From Paraspadella gotoi (lineage: Eukaryota; Animalia; Chaetognatha): a stretch of DNA of 64,000 nt. The DNA is taken from contig CM119270.1 in the NCBI GenBank assembly GCA_051294375.1, positions 13,465,904 through 13,529,903 of the forward strand, given 5' to 3'. The stretch's first letter is position 1, and every line of letters begins with the position of its first letter. Below, piece after piece: positions 63,970 to 64,000 of this stretch. Below the pieces are notes generated by a model. The model searched no databases, was not told where the DNA came from, and was given only the letters and a program-made list of their open reading frames with translations. The translations under genes were made by a program, and so were the position numbers.

Positions 63970-64000
<31 letters not shown>
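61200..64000. repeat. Second large fold-back palindrome centred near 62680, probable assembly artefact
   Basis: 62510-62630 is the reverse complement of 62730-62845, 61730-62030 of 63109-63370, and 61230-61390 of 63890-64000. The arms differ by many indels. Confidence 0.88.

Overview
Eukaryotic (invertebrate animal) genomic DNA from an error-prone long-read assembly, with N gaps, indel frameshifts and two large fold-back palindromes (1-6822 and ~61200-64000) that look like read artefacts. The main feature is a many-exon neurofibromin (NF1) gene on the + strand. It starts at 23431 and can be followed through the CSRD, RasGAP (GRD) and SEC14-PH regions to 48067; its C-terminal exons are not in the window. 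Its introns host other genes: an antisense tRNA-Lys(TTT); a same-strand intronless ~960-aa ORF joining a degenerate NACHT-type NTPase to a LINE-ORF1-like domain, inside an intron that splits the GRD; and an antisense spliced three-Ig-domain gene. In the presumed next intron lie an antisense single-pass membrane gene with a PPxY tail and a possible prohormone-like gene. The GRD carries a ~25-aa insertion next to the position of vertebrate exon 23a. Upstream are a divergent XK-related gene, a 501-aa multi-pass membrane ORF and many non-autonomous transposons (Kolobok-type, hAT, Helentron/HINE-like, and a 9-bp-TSD foldback element). Family assignments come from recalled motifs, not database searches.
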